NCBI GenBank assembly: GCA_963836075.1
Contig: CAWIIB010000009.1
Coordinates: forward strand, 3,008,001-3,072,000
Length of the DNA stretch: 64,000 nucleotides
From: an uncultured Acidobacteriota bacterium
GTDB taxonomy: Bacteria > Acidobacteriota > JAQAZP01
Direction: 5' to 3'
The first letter of the stretch is position 1, and the number at the start of each line of letters is the position of its first letter. The notes under the pieces were generated by a model. That model was not told the origin of the DNA. It did no database searches and was given only the letters and a program-made list of their open reading frames with translations. The position numbers and the translations under genes are program-made. Shown one piece after another: positions 29,858 through 39,924 of this stretch.

Positions 29858-30649
29858 CTACTCTTCTGCTTCCTGGTCGGCGGTGACGCTGACCATGATC
29901 TCGCGCTGTTCGCCGTCCTCGCTTTCGATCACCTGGACATCAACCCCTTCGGCGCCCTGTTCCACCAGCGACTGCCGGATCATCTGCTCGATCTCGGCCG
30001 CGCTCATCCCTTCGCAGTCGATACGCACTTCCAGCTCGCCGGTGAGGCGATTGAAAATGGTCCCGGAACTGCTCTCGGTCACCGGGGTGATGGTGGTCTC
30101 GGCGGCGGCTAAAACCGGGTATTCCGCGGTGAGAGCGGACAGCACCGCGCCCGGCGCGCCCGGGTCTTCGGTGAACAGCAGGAGATCGATCAACAGCGGG
30201 CCCCCATCAGGACTCATGCGGATGCTGTTGTTCCAGCTCTCGATCCCGTAGGACGGATCGTTGAGGATGGCGGCAAAATCGAGTGTCTGCAGTTCCCCGG
30301 CGGGCTCGGTCAGTTCAAAGGTCAGCCGGGCGCCGATCTCGGCGGTCTGCGAGAAGGGGACGGCAAAGAAGGCGATGAGAATGATGAAGCTGCAGGCACC
30401 GATCAGTGCCGGTTTCCTGGTCCACCCGGCGGTGGTCTTGTGGTTCTGTCTCATGTCGTGCTCCCGTTGGTGTCCGGTGAGAATCATGCGTTCCGTTTCG
30501 TCCCAGCCGGGAACGGTGGTCTGCGCGGCGCGGAAGGCCTCCACGGCCCTGCCGTAGCGCTGTCCTGCCTCGCCCGCCCGCTGCTGCCGGTTCGTCTCCG
30601 GATCAGCGGTGTGCTTTTTCAGCGGCTTCCAGTCTCGTTCTGTAGTCAT
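29858..30649 (-). CDS. Single-TM hypothetical protein, likely anti-sigma partner
   Basis: One hydrophobic segment; directly downstream of and overlapping the ECF sigma gene. Confidence 0.5.
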   Translation of the reverse strand: MTTERDWKPLKKHTADPETNRQQRAGEAGQRYGRAVEAFRAAQTTVPGWDETERMILTGHQREHDMRQNHKTTAGWTRKPALIGACSFIILIAFFAVPFSQTAEIGARLTFELTEPAGELQTLDFAAILNDPSYGIESWNNSIRMSPDGGPLLIDLLLFTEDPGAPGAVLSALTAEYPVLAAAETTITPVTESSSGTIFNRLTGELEVRIDCEGMSAAEIEQMIRQSLVEQGAEGVDVQVIESEDGEQREIMVSVTADQEAEE

Positions 30650-31226
30650 GGCCGTTCACCTGTCTGGCGCGGGGAGCCCCCGGCCGGGGCCGGTCTCCCG
30701 AATAGAGGGTCTGGAGTTCCCTTCGGGCTCTGGAAACGCGTGTCTTGGCGGCGGTGACGGAGATCCGCTGGATCTCGGCGATCTCTCCGATGGAGTATCC
30801 CTCCACCTCGAAGAGCACCACCGCTTCCCGTTTGGCGGGCGTCAGCCGCTGGAGACACTGGCGCAGGCGGATGGCCCGGTCCGGGTCGGGTGGATCCACG
30901 GCGGATTCACCTGCGGAGGGGCTGTTTGTCGATCGTCCGGGCCGGGGGGACAGGCCGATCAGCTGCCGCAGCCGCTGGCGCCGGCACTGGCTTCGATGCT
31001 CGTTGACGACGATCGACGAGAGCCATTGCCGGAAGCGGCGGCGGTTCCTGAGGCTGTCCAGCTTCACCAGCGCCTTGAGAATCGCCTGCTGGTAGAGGTC
31101 CTGCCCGTCGTCGTCGGAACGGCAGAGACGGTTGCAGAACCGTGCCAGATACTCGTGGTGCGGCTTCAGCAGTTCTGCGAAAGCCGCCCGCTGTTCAGTT
31201 GTCAGTTGCCTGGTCATGCGTCGCAT
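30603..31226 (-). CDS. ECF RNA polymerase sigma factor
   Basis: DLYQQAILKA, FRQWLSSIVVN, LFEVEGYSIGEIA...KTRVSRAR. Confidence 0.9.
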   Translation of the reverse strand: MRRMTRQLTTEQRAAFAELLKPHHEYLARFCNRLCRSDDDGQDLYQQAILKALVKLDSLRNRRRFRQWLSSIVVNEHRSQCRRQRLRQLIGLSPRPGRSTNSPSAGESAVDPPDPDRAIRLRQCLQRLTPAKREAVVLFEVEGYSIGEIAEIQRISVTAAKTRVSRARRELQTLYSGDRPRPGAPRARQVNGHDYRTRLEAAEKAHR

Positions 31227-31302
31227 CCGGATTCCAAATGAACATATCCGCGGTGTTCACCCTTATAAGACGAACGGGGGACCTGTTTGGTGGCACACTA
31301 TT

Positions 31303-32661
31303 TTACCGGGAATCGAACCACTGGGGCACGTCGGCGTGCCGCGGGCGGCGGCCGTAGAAAAGGTTGTCCAGCCGGTGGGCCAGCCGGCGGGCCAGGGGGT
31401 TGGCGGCGCAGGCCTGGCGGACCAGGTTGTGGTAGAGGGTGGCCGGCTTGGCATAGGGGCAGACAGCGATACAGAGTCCGCAGTCGGTGCCCGCCCGGAG
31501 CCAGTAGCGGTAGCACTCCTCCTGGCTCGACTGCCACTTCAGCAGGCCGCGAACCTCCACGCGGTCGCCGTGGGGGATGGCCCGGCCCGGGCAGCAGTCA
31601 GCGCATTTGAGGCAGATGCGGCAGAAATCCTGTGCTCCAAAGGGCCGCGGTTCGTCGGGCACCAGCGGCAGGTCGGTGGTCACCGCGGCCAGGCGGACCC
31701 GCGGGCCGTGGGTCGGGGTGAGCAGCAGCCCCAGCCGCCCGATCTCGCCCAGGCCGGCATCCACCGCCGCCGCGGTGGCCAGCACCCGGTAGTTGCCGTC
31801 CACGTGGGCCCGGGCCGGATAGCCCAGACGGGAGCAGTATCCGGCCAGCGTGGCGGCGATCATGGTGCCGCGGAGATACTGGGTGGCGCTCTCGGCGATG
31901 GCCGGCATCATCGGGGCGTTGCGGATCAGCTCCGGATCCATCTCCACGGTGAAGACGATGACGAAGCGGTGGTGCAGGGTCACCGGTTCGCCCCAGGCGC
32001 CCTGGCCGCGGCCCACGTGGGAGTAAAGGTGGTGCTCCTTGAGTGGGGTGATCCCCACCTCCAGTGCGCCGAGGTGGCGGGCAAAGGCCTTGATCCGCCG
32101 GGTGGCTTCCGCGGCGGCGATCTCCAGCGGTTCGGCCCGGCGGGGGGTGGTGATGTCACCCAGGTGGTTAATCTCCTCGATATAGTCGAAGAGCGCTTCG
32201 AAATATGCGCCGTCTTTTTCGGTGTAGAAGCGGCCTCCCGGCTCCCCCAGCCTGGGTAACTGGCGCAGTTCCCCGTCCACTTCGGCCAGGTCGGGCCGCA
32301 GCCTTTGGTAGAACTCCTCGAACTGGGGTGTGCCCTGCTTCAGCCGGGCCCTGGCGAACATGATTTCCCGCTCGTCCAGGCGGCGGGCTTTCTGTGCGTC
32401 CACCTCGGGGATGGTGTTCTCGCCCATGGGGTAGAGCATCAGCAGCGCGGCCAGGGCCGCCGCGGCCATCAGGCCCACCGCCGCGGGAATGGACCACTGG
32501 GGATAGCGCAGGCCCAGACCGAACCAGGCGGCGAGGAAGACCAGGCCGCAGGTGATGGCCACCGCGGCCGCCCGGTTTTCCCGCTCGCGGACGCTGACCA
32601 GACCGAAGCCGAGAAGAAACAGGCCGGTGAGGCTTCCGGTGATGATGAACAGCGTGGACAT
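31303..32661 (-). CDS. Reductive dehalogenase-like (RdhA/QueG superfamily) protein with N-terminal TM helices
   Basis: Three N-terminal TMs and no Tat motif; AGLGEIGRLGLLLTP.HGPRVRL..VTTDLPL; CRICLKCADCCP and C..CGLCIAVCP ferredoxin motifs. Confidence 0.8.
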   Translation of the reverse strand: MSTLFIITGSLTGLFLLGFGLVSVRERENRAAAVAITCGLVFLAAWFGLGLRYPQWSIPAAVGLMAAAALAALLMLYPMGENTIPEVDAQKARRLDEREIMFARARLKQGTPQFEEFYQRLRPDLAEVDGELRQLPRLGEPGGRFYTEKDGAYFEALFDYIEEINHLGDITTPRRAEPLEIAAAEATRRIKAFARHLGALEVGITPLKEHHLYSHVGRGQGAWGEPVTLHHRFVIVFTVEMDPELIRNAPMMPAIAESATQYLRGTMIAATLAGYCSRLGYPARAHVDGNYRVLATAAAVDAGLGEIGRLGLLLTPTHGPRVRLAAVTTDLPLVPDEPRPFGAQDFCRICLKCADCCPGRAIPHGDRVEVRGLLKWQSSQEECYRYWLRAGTDCGLCIAVCPYAKPATLYHNLVRQACAANPLARRLAHRLDNLFYGRRPRHADVPQWFDSR

Positions 32662-32726
32662 GGGCCAAGCGTAATCCCTCACCCCGCGGTGCGCAAGTGG
32701 CGTGTGTCGAGGTGACCGTCACCTGA

Positions 32727-33599
32727 TTATGCGCCGGCCAGTTGCCGCAGCAGCGCGAGGTTCCGGCGGTCCTCCTCCAGCTCCGGGCCCTTGCGGGTCT
32801 CCAGCACCTTGGGGATATCCTTCAGCCGCTGGTCCCGCATCAGGCTGCGGAAGGCCTCCCGCCCCAGGGCCCCGTCGCCGATCTGGTCATGGCGGTCCAC
32901 CCGGGAGCCGAGGTCCTTCTTGCTGTCGTTGACGTGGATCGCGTGCAAACGGTCAAACCCCACCAGCTGCTCAAACTCGCCCATGGTCTTTTCGTAGGCC
33001 TCGGGGGTGCGCAGGTCATACCCGGCGGCAAAGATGTGGCAGGTGTCGAGACAGACCCCGAGGCGCTCCGGCTGCTCCACCTGCTCGAGGATCGCGGCCA
33101 GGTGCTCGAAACGGAAACCGAGGCTGGTGCCCTGGCCGGCGGTGGTCTCGATGAGGATCTTCGCTTCCATGTCCGGGTGCCGGCGGTGGACGGCATCCAG
33201 GGATTCGGCAACCCGGGCCAGGCCGGCGGCCTCGCCGTCCCCCTTGTGCGCCCCGGGGTGGGACACCAGGAAGGGCAGGCCCAGCTGTTCGGCGCGCTCC
33301 AGCTCGTCGCCCATGGCGGCGATGGATTTCTCCAGCAGGCGCGGGTCGGGAGAGGCGAGGTTGATCAGGTAGCTGTCGTGGGCCAGGACCACCCCCAGGC
33401 CGCTCTCCTCCCGGGCGGTGCGGAACTGCTCCACCGCCTCGTCGGCCAGCGGTTTCGCTTTCCACTGGCTGGCGTTCTTGGTGAAGATCTGCAGGGCGCG
33501 GCAGTCCACCTGGAGGGCCCGCTGGATGGCGAGGTGCAGGCCGCCGCTGATCGACATGTGGGCGCCCAGATAGGGCTGCTGCTGGTTGTCGGCGGTCAT
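32727..33599 (-). CDS. nfo: Endonuclease IV
   Basis: GAHMSISGG, QIFTKN, HDSYLINL, ETTAGQG, CLDTCH, HVNDSK..RVDRH. Confidence 0.95.
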   Translation of the reverse strand: MTADNQQQPYLGAHMSISGGLHLAIQRALQVDCRALQIFTKNASQWKAKPLADEAVEQFRTAREESGLGVVLAHDSYLINLASPDPRLLEKSIAAMGDELERAEQLGLPFLVSHPGAHKGDGEAAGLARVAESLDAVHRRHPDMEAKILIETTAGQGTSLGFRFEHLAAILEQVEQPERLGVCLDTCHIFAAGYDLRTPEAYEKTMGEFEQLVGFDRLHAIHVNDSKKDLGSRVDRHDQIGDGALGREAFRSLMRDQRLKDIPKVLETRKGPELEEDRRNLALLRQLAGA

Positions 33600-33742
33600 C
33601 GGGATCCCCTGGAAAAGTGAACGGTGAACACCGATTATATGCCCCCGCCGGCTTGCTGTCACCGGAGTTTCATTGTCCGCATCCGGGCCGCGTGTTAAAA
33701 TTTGTACAGGTGAGATGAGACCAGCCCCCAGGAGAAGACCCG

Positions 33743-35101
33743 ATGACGCCACGCCCCTCCCATCTGCGGCAGACGGCCGTGCTGCTCCTGCTGGTGATCT
33801 TCTTCCTCGTTCCCGCCCTGGTCCGCGCATCGCCTCCCCCTGACGAGTTCCCCCCCGGCAAGGACAAGGGCCCGGTGTATGGCCACCCGGACGACGGGCC
33901 GGTGCCCGGCGCTCCCATGGTGGTGGTGCGGCGGATCGAGAAGGTGGTGATCACCGGCAACAAGCGCACCGTGGAACGGGTGATCCGCCGGGAACTGCTG
34001 CTGGAGGAGGGGGATGTCTTCGACGAGGTGCCGGCGAACATCTCGCGGCTCAAACTGTTGCGCCTCGGCTTTTTCCGCCGGGTGCGGATGTCGCTGAGCA
34101 GGGGCGCCGACAGGGATTGGGTCATCTGGCACATCAGGGTGGAGGAACGGCCAACGCTGCTGCTCACCGCCGGCTCCCGGGGGTTCGTGGGCCTCAGCGG
34201 CGCCGATCTCGGTTTTGGCGTGGGAGACATCAACTTTGGCGGCCGCGGGCAGACGGCCCTGGCCGGGTTCAAGCTGCGGCGGGACCACCAGGTGGCCTCC
34301 CTGGGCTGGAGCGACCCCCACTTCCTGGGGTCGGACGTCATTGCCGGGATCCGGTCGGACTTCTTTCACACGGAGGAGAGGGTCAATGGACCGGACGGAG
34401 ACGGATCGGTTCTAGAGGCCGAGGGATTCTCGGTTGCGCCCTTTGTCGGGATGCGCACCCGCTGGTATTCGCAGCTGGTGGCCGGTCTCAAATATTCCAG
34501 TGTGGACCAGGAATACCTGGCGGATGGCCTGCCGGCTTACCAGCCGCCGCCTTTCGAGCCGGACGCCCGGATTTTCGCCTTCGGCCTGGTCTACAACTGG
34601 AGCCGCAAGAATGACCTTTTCCTGCCCAGCGAGGGGATGGAACTGACCGTCTCCTTCGAGAACGCGTTCCAGGCCCTGGGCGGCAACTACGCCTACCGCA
34701 AACTGACCCTCGACGGCAGCGGCGTTTTCCCGGTGGCGCCGCGGCAACTGGCCCAGGTTCGCCTGTTCGGCGGGGTCATTGGCGGTGATGCGCCGTTCTT
34801 CGAGCAGTTCAACGTGGCCGACCTGGTGCGCGGCATCCACAACCACCATGACCAGTGGCAGGACTCGGGCCTGGCCTTCCAGCTGGAGTACAAGTTCATT
34901 TTCCCCCGCAGCCGGTTCTCCTTCATCGACCAGTGGGAACTGCTGGGATTCGTTGACGGGGGGAACGCCTTTCCCAGGGACGACGTGCGTCTGGGGGACC
35001 TGGTGTACTCCTGCGGTCTGGGAGCGCGTTTCGACACCGGAATCGGCATCGTCAGCCTGGTGGGGGCGGTTTACACCACCCACGACCACAACCACTGGTA
35101 A
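33743..35101 (+). CDS. Omp85/BamA-TamA family outer-membrane protein with a single POTRA domain
   Basis: ITGNKRT..VIRREL...LGFF POTRA; NFGGRGQ; FVDGGNAF; GLGARF. Confidence 0.8.
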   Translation: MTPRPSHLRQTAVLLLLVIFFLVPALVRASPPPDEFPPGKDKGPVYGHPDDGPVPGAPMVVVRRIEKVVITGNKRTVERVIRRELLLEEGDVFDEVPANISRLKLLRLGFFRRVRMSLSRGADRDWVIWHIRVEERPTLLLTAGSRGFVGLSGADLGFGVGDINFGGRGQTALAGFKLRRDHQVASLGWSDPHFLGSDVIAGIRSDFFHTEERVNGPDGDGSVLEAEGFSVAPFVGMRTRWYSQLVAGLKYSSVDQEYLADGLPAYQPPPFEPDARIFAFGLVYNWSRKNDLFLPSEGMELTVSFENAFQALGGNYAYRKLTLDGSGVFPVAPRQLAQVRLFGGVIGGDAPFFEQFNVADLVRGIHNHHDQWQDSGLAFQLEYKFIFPRSRFSFIDQWELLGFVDGGNAFPRDDVRLGDLVYSCGLGARFDTGIGIVSLVGAVYTTHDHNHW

Positions 35102-35148
35102 TCGGCAACTGGAGCGGGCCGGGGTGGGTGCCCCGGCCCGGGTAACTG

Positions 35149-35889
35149 ATGACTCAGCGCAGACAGCAACAGCGAGCCGTTCCGCCGTCCGGATGCCGCG
35201 GACTGTTCTGCCTGCTGGTCTTTCTCCTGCTCCAGGGCGCTGTGGGCGCACCGGCACTGCTGGCCGGCGACCCGCCGCCGGGGGAGGCGATCTGCCGCCC
35301 CTATGCCGAAGAGGATCTGCTGATGCTGGACCTGGAGGTGGTCACCCTGTTCAGCGACGAGGTTCGCGAAACCCTGGTCAGCGGGTTCACCAGCACCGTG
35401 GCCACCCGCCTGATGCTGGTTGAGGCGGAGAGCGGGCGGCTGGTGGCTGAGAATCGTTTCAGCCGGGAGATCCGTTTCGACGTCTGGGACGAGACCTACC
35501 TGATCACCACCTACTCCGACCAGGGCACCGGCCGGCACCTGGCCGGCACGCTGGACGAGGTGGAGGAATACTGTCGCCGGCTCACCGAGTTTCGCTTCTG
35601 CCCGCTGGAGCGGCTGGAGCAGGACACGTCGTACCTGATCACCATGGAGGTGCTGCTGGTCCCCATCTCCCAGGACCAGCTGGAACAGACCAAGCGCTGG
35701 GTGGAGGAGTCCGGTTCGGCCGGGGAGAACGACCGGCAGGGCGGGCGGAGCATCTTTTTCGGTTCGATGATGAACATCTTCATCGGACGCTCCACCGGGG
35801 TGGACGAGGACCGTTTCACCTTTGTCACCGCGCCCTTCCGGGCGGCCGACGTGGAGTGGACCGGGGAGGAGGTGGACGGCGATGAGTAA
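35149..35889 (+). CDS. DUF4390-like periplasmic protein
   Basis: Signal peptide; LVSGF...IRFDVWDETY; lies just upstream of an NtrY/NtrX-like pair. Confidence 0.6.
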   Translation: MTQRRQQQRAVPPSGCRGLFCLLVFLLLQGAVGAPALLAGDPPPGEAICRPYAEEDLLMLDLEVVTLFSDEVRETLVSGFTSTVATRLMLVEAESGRLVAENRFSREIRFDVWDETYLITTYSDQGTGRHLAGTLDEVEEYCRRLTEFRFCPLERLEQDTSYLITMEVLLVPISQDQLEQTKRWVEESGSAGENDRQGGRSIFFGSMMNIFIGRSTGVDEDRFTFVTAPFRAADVEWTGEEVDGDE

Positions 35890-37468
35890 GATCGGCCTGC
35901 GTATCGTCAGCGCCCTGCTGGTGGTCTCGGTGATCCCGCTGGTCTTTGCCGTGCTGACCTTCCGCTGGACGGTGGCGCAGACGCTGGAACTGGGCCTGAG
36001 CCCCGAGGTGGAAGCGGTGCTGGAGACCGCCACCGCCTTTCCCCGGAGGATTTACGAGGCGCAGTCGGCGCGGCTGGCGCTGCTCAACAGGCTGCTGGAA
36101 CAGCACCTCGCCGGGCTGCCCGCGCCGCCGGCGGAGGGGCAGGCGGCGGACGACCTGAGCAGCCTGATCCGCGGTCTCGATGTCCGGCCCGCACCGGCCC
36201 TGGTGGGTCTGCGGCAGGGCAGCAGCTGGCAGGTTGCCGGCGGGGAGGCGGAGGCACCGCCGGTGGTCTGCGACACGTTCCGCCGCAAGCTGGAGCAGGC
36301 CGAACCGGGCGAACCGTTTCTGTTCAGCGTGGGGCCCGGCGTTTCATTCATGGGGCTTATCGGACCGGAAGGGGGGGAGCGGGGCCGGGTGGCGGCAGCC
36401 ATATCGGTGCGGGCCGACCTGCGGCTGGAGGCTGAGACGCTGCAGGGCACGCTGATCACCTACCGCCACCTCAACTACCTGGTGACCCGTCTGAAATCGC
36501 GCATCACCCTCTTTTTCGTGGTGGTGATGTCGCTGGTGATCCTGGGCAGCCTGGCTGCCGGCATCGCCATCTCCCGCGGGATCACCCGGCGGCTGGCCGC
36601 CCTGGCCGGCGCCACCCGCCAGGTGGCGGTGGGGGACTACGATCTTCACCTGCCCCCCGGGGGGCATGACGAACTGGGGCGGCTGATCGACTCCTTCCGC
36701 GGGATGGCCGGCGAGCTGCAACAGAGCCGGGAACGGATCATATATCTGGAGAAGATGGCGCTGTGGAAAGACATGGCCCGCAAGCTGGCCCACGAGATCA
36801 AGAACCCCCTCTCGCCGATCCAGATGGGTATCCAGGAGCTGCGTGACCGCTACGCCGCGGTGGCCGCCGGCGAGGCGGGGGAGGGCGGACAGGCCGAGTT
36901 CGCCGCCCTGCTGGAGGAGAGCGCGGAGATGGTGCTGGAAGAGACCGGGAGGCTGAAGCGGATGGTCCAGGCCTTCTCCTCTTTTGCCCGGCTTCCGGAC
37001 CCGGTCCCCGAGGCCCTGGACCTCAACGAAGCGGTGCACCGCTTCTTCGAGCGTCACCCCGAGTACGGAGAGCAGCTGGAGATCTCCTTCGGCCTGGCCC
37101 AGGGGCTGCCACCGGCCTGGTTCGACCCGGACCAGCTGGTGGGCATCCTGCGCAACCTGGCCGACAATGCGGTGCAGCTGGAACGGCCCGGCCTGGGCCT
37201 GCGGGTGGAAAGCTCCAGCCCCGGTGCGGGATGGCTGCAGCTGACCGTCGCCGACAACGGGCCCGGTATCCGCCAGGGGGAGAAACAGCGGGTTTTTGAA
37301 CCATCGTTCAGCGGCCGTCCCGACGGTATGGGCCTCGGCCTGGCCATCGTCAAGAAAAGCGTCCTCGACCAGGGCGGCTGGATCAGCGTCGAGGACGCCC
37401 AGCCGCAGGGCGCGCGGTTCGTGATCCGGATCCCTGCCGCGAAGGCAACAAAGGAGAGGGACGTCTGA
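35882..37468 (+). CDS. NtrY-like HAMP sensor histidine kinase
   Basis: Two TMs; HAMP; WKDMARKLAHEIKNPLSPI; DNGPGI; GMGLGL. Confidence 0.9.
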   Translation: MSKIGLRIVSALLVVSVIPLVFAVLTFRWTVAQTLELGLSPEVEAVLETATAFPRRIYEAQSARLALLNRLLEQHLAGLPAPPAEGQAADDLSSLIRGLDVRPAPALVGLRQGSSWQVAGGEAEAPPVVCDTFRRKLEQAEPGEPFLFSVGPGVSFMGLIGPEGGERGRVAAAISVRADLRLEAETLQGTLITYRHLNYLVTRLKSRITLFFVVVMSLVILGSLAAGIAISRGITRRLAALAGATRQVAVGDYDLHLPPGGHDELGRLIDSFRGMAGELQQSRERIIYLEKMALWKDMARKLAHEIKNPLSPIQMGIQELRDRYAAVAAGEAGEGGQAEFAALLEESAEMVLEETGRLKRMVQAFSSFARLPDPVPEALDLNEAVHRFFERHPEYGEQLEISFGLAQGLPPAWFDPDQLVGILRNLADNAVQLERPGLGLRVESSSPGAGWLQLTVADNGPGIRQGEKQRVFEPSFSGRPDGMGLGLAIVKKSVLDQGGWISVEDAQPQGARFVIRIPAAKATKERDV

Positions 37469-38862
37469 TGGGCGACAAGGAAGTGAACGGCGTTATCCTG
37501 GTGGCCGATGACGAGCGGAACATCCGCCGGACCCTCTCCCTGGTGCTGGGCGGGGCGGGATACCAGGTGCTGGAGGCGGAGAACGGGCAGGAGGCGGTGG
37601 AGCAGGCCGCCGGCCGGGCCTGCGACCTGGTGCTCCTCGACCTGAAGATGCCGGTGCTCACCGGTCTGGAGGCGCTGGAACTGCTGAAGAAGGACGAGCC
37701 GCAGTTGCCGGTGGTGGTCATCTCCGGCCAGGCCACCTTCTCCGACGCGGTGCGGGCCACCCGGATGGGGGCCTACGACTTCATTGAAAAGCCGCTGGAA
37801 AAGGAGCGGGTGCTGCACTCGGTCCGCCTGGCCCTGGAGTCGAGCCGGCTGCGCCGGGAGAACATCGACCTGCGGGCCCAGCTGGGCGAGCCGGCGCGGA
37901 TGGTGGGCAGTTCGCCGGTGATCGAGGCGCTGCGCGAGGCCATCGGACGGGCCGCGCCGAGCCGCGGACGGATCCTCATCGTCGGGGAGAGCGGCACCGG
38001 CAAGGAACTGGTGGCCCGGGCGATCCACGAACAGAGCCCGCTCCGCGACGGCCCCTTCATCAAGGTCAACTGCGCGGCCATTCCCACCGAGCTGATCGAG
38101 AGCGAACTGTTCGGCGCGGAGAGGGGCGCCTTCACCGGGGCCGAGCGTCTCAAGCTGGGCAAGTTCGAACTGGCCCACGGCGGCACGCTCTTTCTCGACG
38201 AGATCGGCGACATGGGCCTCTCGGCCCAGGCCAAGGTGCTGCGCATCCTGCAGACCGGCGAGCTGACCCGCCTGGGCAGCAATGACCCGGTGAGCGTCGA
38301 GGTGCGGGTGGTGGCGGCGACGAACAAGAACCTCGAGGAGGAAATTCGCACCGGCGGCTTTCGCGAGGACCTCTTCTACCGCATCAACGTGGTGCCGCTG
38401 GTGGTGCCGCCGCTGCGGCAGCGCAAGGAGGACATCCCCGAGCTGACCGAACACTTCATCGGCATCTTCTGCCGCGAGAACGGTTTTCCCACCATGACCC
38501 TGCAGCCCGAGGCCCTGGAGCTGCTCCTCGACTATCACTGGCCGGGAAACGTGCGCGAGCTGCGCAACGTGATCGAACGGCTGGTGATCATGGTCCGTGA
38601 GCCGCTGATCAGGGCCTTCCACGTCCGGCGGCACCTCACCGCCCTGTTCAGCGGACGCCCCGGCGATGACAGCGACTCGCGCCGGCTCTCGTCCCTGCTG
38701 GGCAAGATGAGCCTCAAGGAATTCCGCGAGGAGCAGGAGCGGGCATTCATCATCGCCGCCCTGGACGAGACCGGCTGGAACGTCTCCCGCGCCGCCGCCC
38801 TCCTGGGTCTCGAACGCACCAACCTGCACAAAAAGATCTCCGGTTACGGCTTAAAAAAGTAG
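37468..38862 (+). CDS. NtrX/NtrC-like sigma54-dependent response regulator
   Basis: Receiver (LLDLKMP); GESGTGKE; GAFTGA; WPGNVREL; Fis-type HTH. Confidence 0.93.
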   Translation: MGDKEVNGVILVADDERNIRRTLSLVLGGAGYQVLEAENGQEAVEQAAGRACDLVLLDLKMPVLTGLEALELLKKDEPQLPVVVISGQATFSDAVRATRMGAYDFIEKPLEKERVLHSVRLALESSRLRRENIDLRAQLGEPARMVGSSPVIEALREAIGRAAPSRGRILIVGESGTGKELVARAIHEQSPLRDGPFIKVNCAAIPTELIESELFGAERGAFTGAERLKLGKFELAHGGTLFLDEIGDMGLSAQAKVLRILQTGELTRLGSNDPVSVEVRVVAATNKNLEEEIRTGGFREDLFYRINVVPLVVPPLRQRKEDIPELTEHFIGIFCRENGFPTMTLQPEALELLLDYHWPGNVRELRNVIERLVIMVREPLIRAFHVRRHLTALFSGRPGDDSDSRRLSSLLGKMSLKEFREEQERAFIIAALDETGWNVSRAAALLGLERTNLHKKISGYGLKK

Positions 38863-39181
38863 GCCATTTTGACACCGGGGACGTACATGAATTTATGACT
38901 AACTGAGAAGTCATTGAGGGGGGCTGAGTTACGCTTTCCGGTTTGAGGGCGTGACTCACAAATATTTCTCCATGCCGGCACGCATTTCGTTGTATTAGTT
39001 ATGTTTTTTACATTTGTCCCCGGATTTTTTGAAGAATGTGTGGTGCCGGGGGTAGTAACAGATGAGGAACGACATCGAAAACCCAAACCACTTGATCGGG
39101 GAGGAGCGAGGATGAGGAAGAGGTACAGACGGCACATCGAGAAACCGGCCGGGACCGGCACTGAAACAGACTCCACGAGCA

Positions 39182-39922
39182 GTGCTTTTCACGCTCGCTC
39201 TGCTGGCCGCTCTCCTGGTAATTCTTTTGCCGACCAGCGGTTGCAGCTATGCAGAGGACAAGGTCGAACAGGATGGCGATGAACTGGTCCTGCGATCCTA
39301 CAAGGTTGATCCGCAATACGGAGAGGAACTGAAAAGCATCCTCACCGATATGCTGAAACGGGGAGGGGACACCCCATCCATGGGGTCGGTGAGGGTACCA
39401 CGGGACGGTCTGGTGGTGGTCACCGCCCCGGCATCGATCCATGCGGGTATCGAGGAGATCATCTCCGCCCTGGGCAGCACATCTCCGACACCTCCTCCAA
39501 CTATTCGTATCACCTACTGGGCGGTGCAGGGCAAAGTGGCCGCCGAGATGGCCTGGCCGGCCAGCCTTGACCAACTGCAGGAGGCGCTCGAAGCCATCGC
39601 CCAGGTTGATGGCCCGTTGACCTTCACGCTCCAGGAAAAAATTGCACTCAATTCGCTCAGCGGCTCCCACGCCAGCACCGATGGGCCGTATTTTGGTATT
39701 CAGCAGAAGGCCACATCGCGAAACGGGGTGGTCCACGCTGATCTGAATATCGAGAAAGGTCCGGCAATGCGGGTCAGGACCAGCGTTAGGCTCGAGCCAG
39801 GCCAGCTGATGGTTCTGGAGCAGGCCGGCTTCACCACCATGGTACAGGGGGCCCCCGAAATGGCCCGGAGCAGCACCTATATCATCTTGCAGGCCGAGGT
39901 GGTTTCCTCTGACGGCCGCTAG
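39182..39922 (+). CDS. Putative lipoprotein with secretin-N-like domain
   Basis: Hydrophobic leader ending TSGC; LVVVTAPASIHAGIEEIISAL resembles secretin N3; start uncertain. Confidence 0.5.
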   Translation: MLFTLALLAALLVILLPTSGCSYAEDKVEQDGDELVLRSYKVDPQYGEELKSILTDMLKRGGDTPSMGSVRVPRDGLVVVTAPASIHAGIEEIISALGSTSPTPPPTIRITYWAVQGKVAAEMAWPASLDQLQEALEAIAQVDGPLTFTLQEKIALNSLSGSHASTDGPYFGIQQKATSRNGVVHADLNIEKGPAMRVRTSVRLEPGQLMVLEQAGFTTMVQGAPEMARSSTYIILQAEVVSSDGR

Positions 39923-39924
39923 AG

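Noticed and set aside
38870-39060. AT-rich intergenic region with CGGCACGCATTTCGT as a sigma54 promoter or ncRNA
   Set aside because: The -12 TTGC is not matched and no convincing RNA structure is visible.
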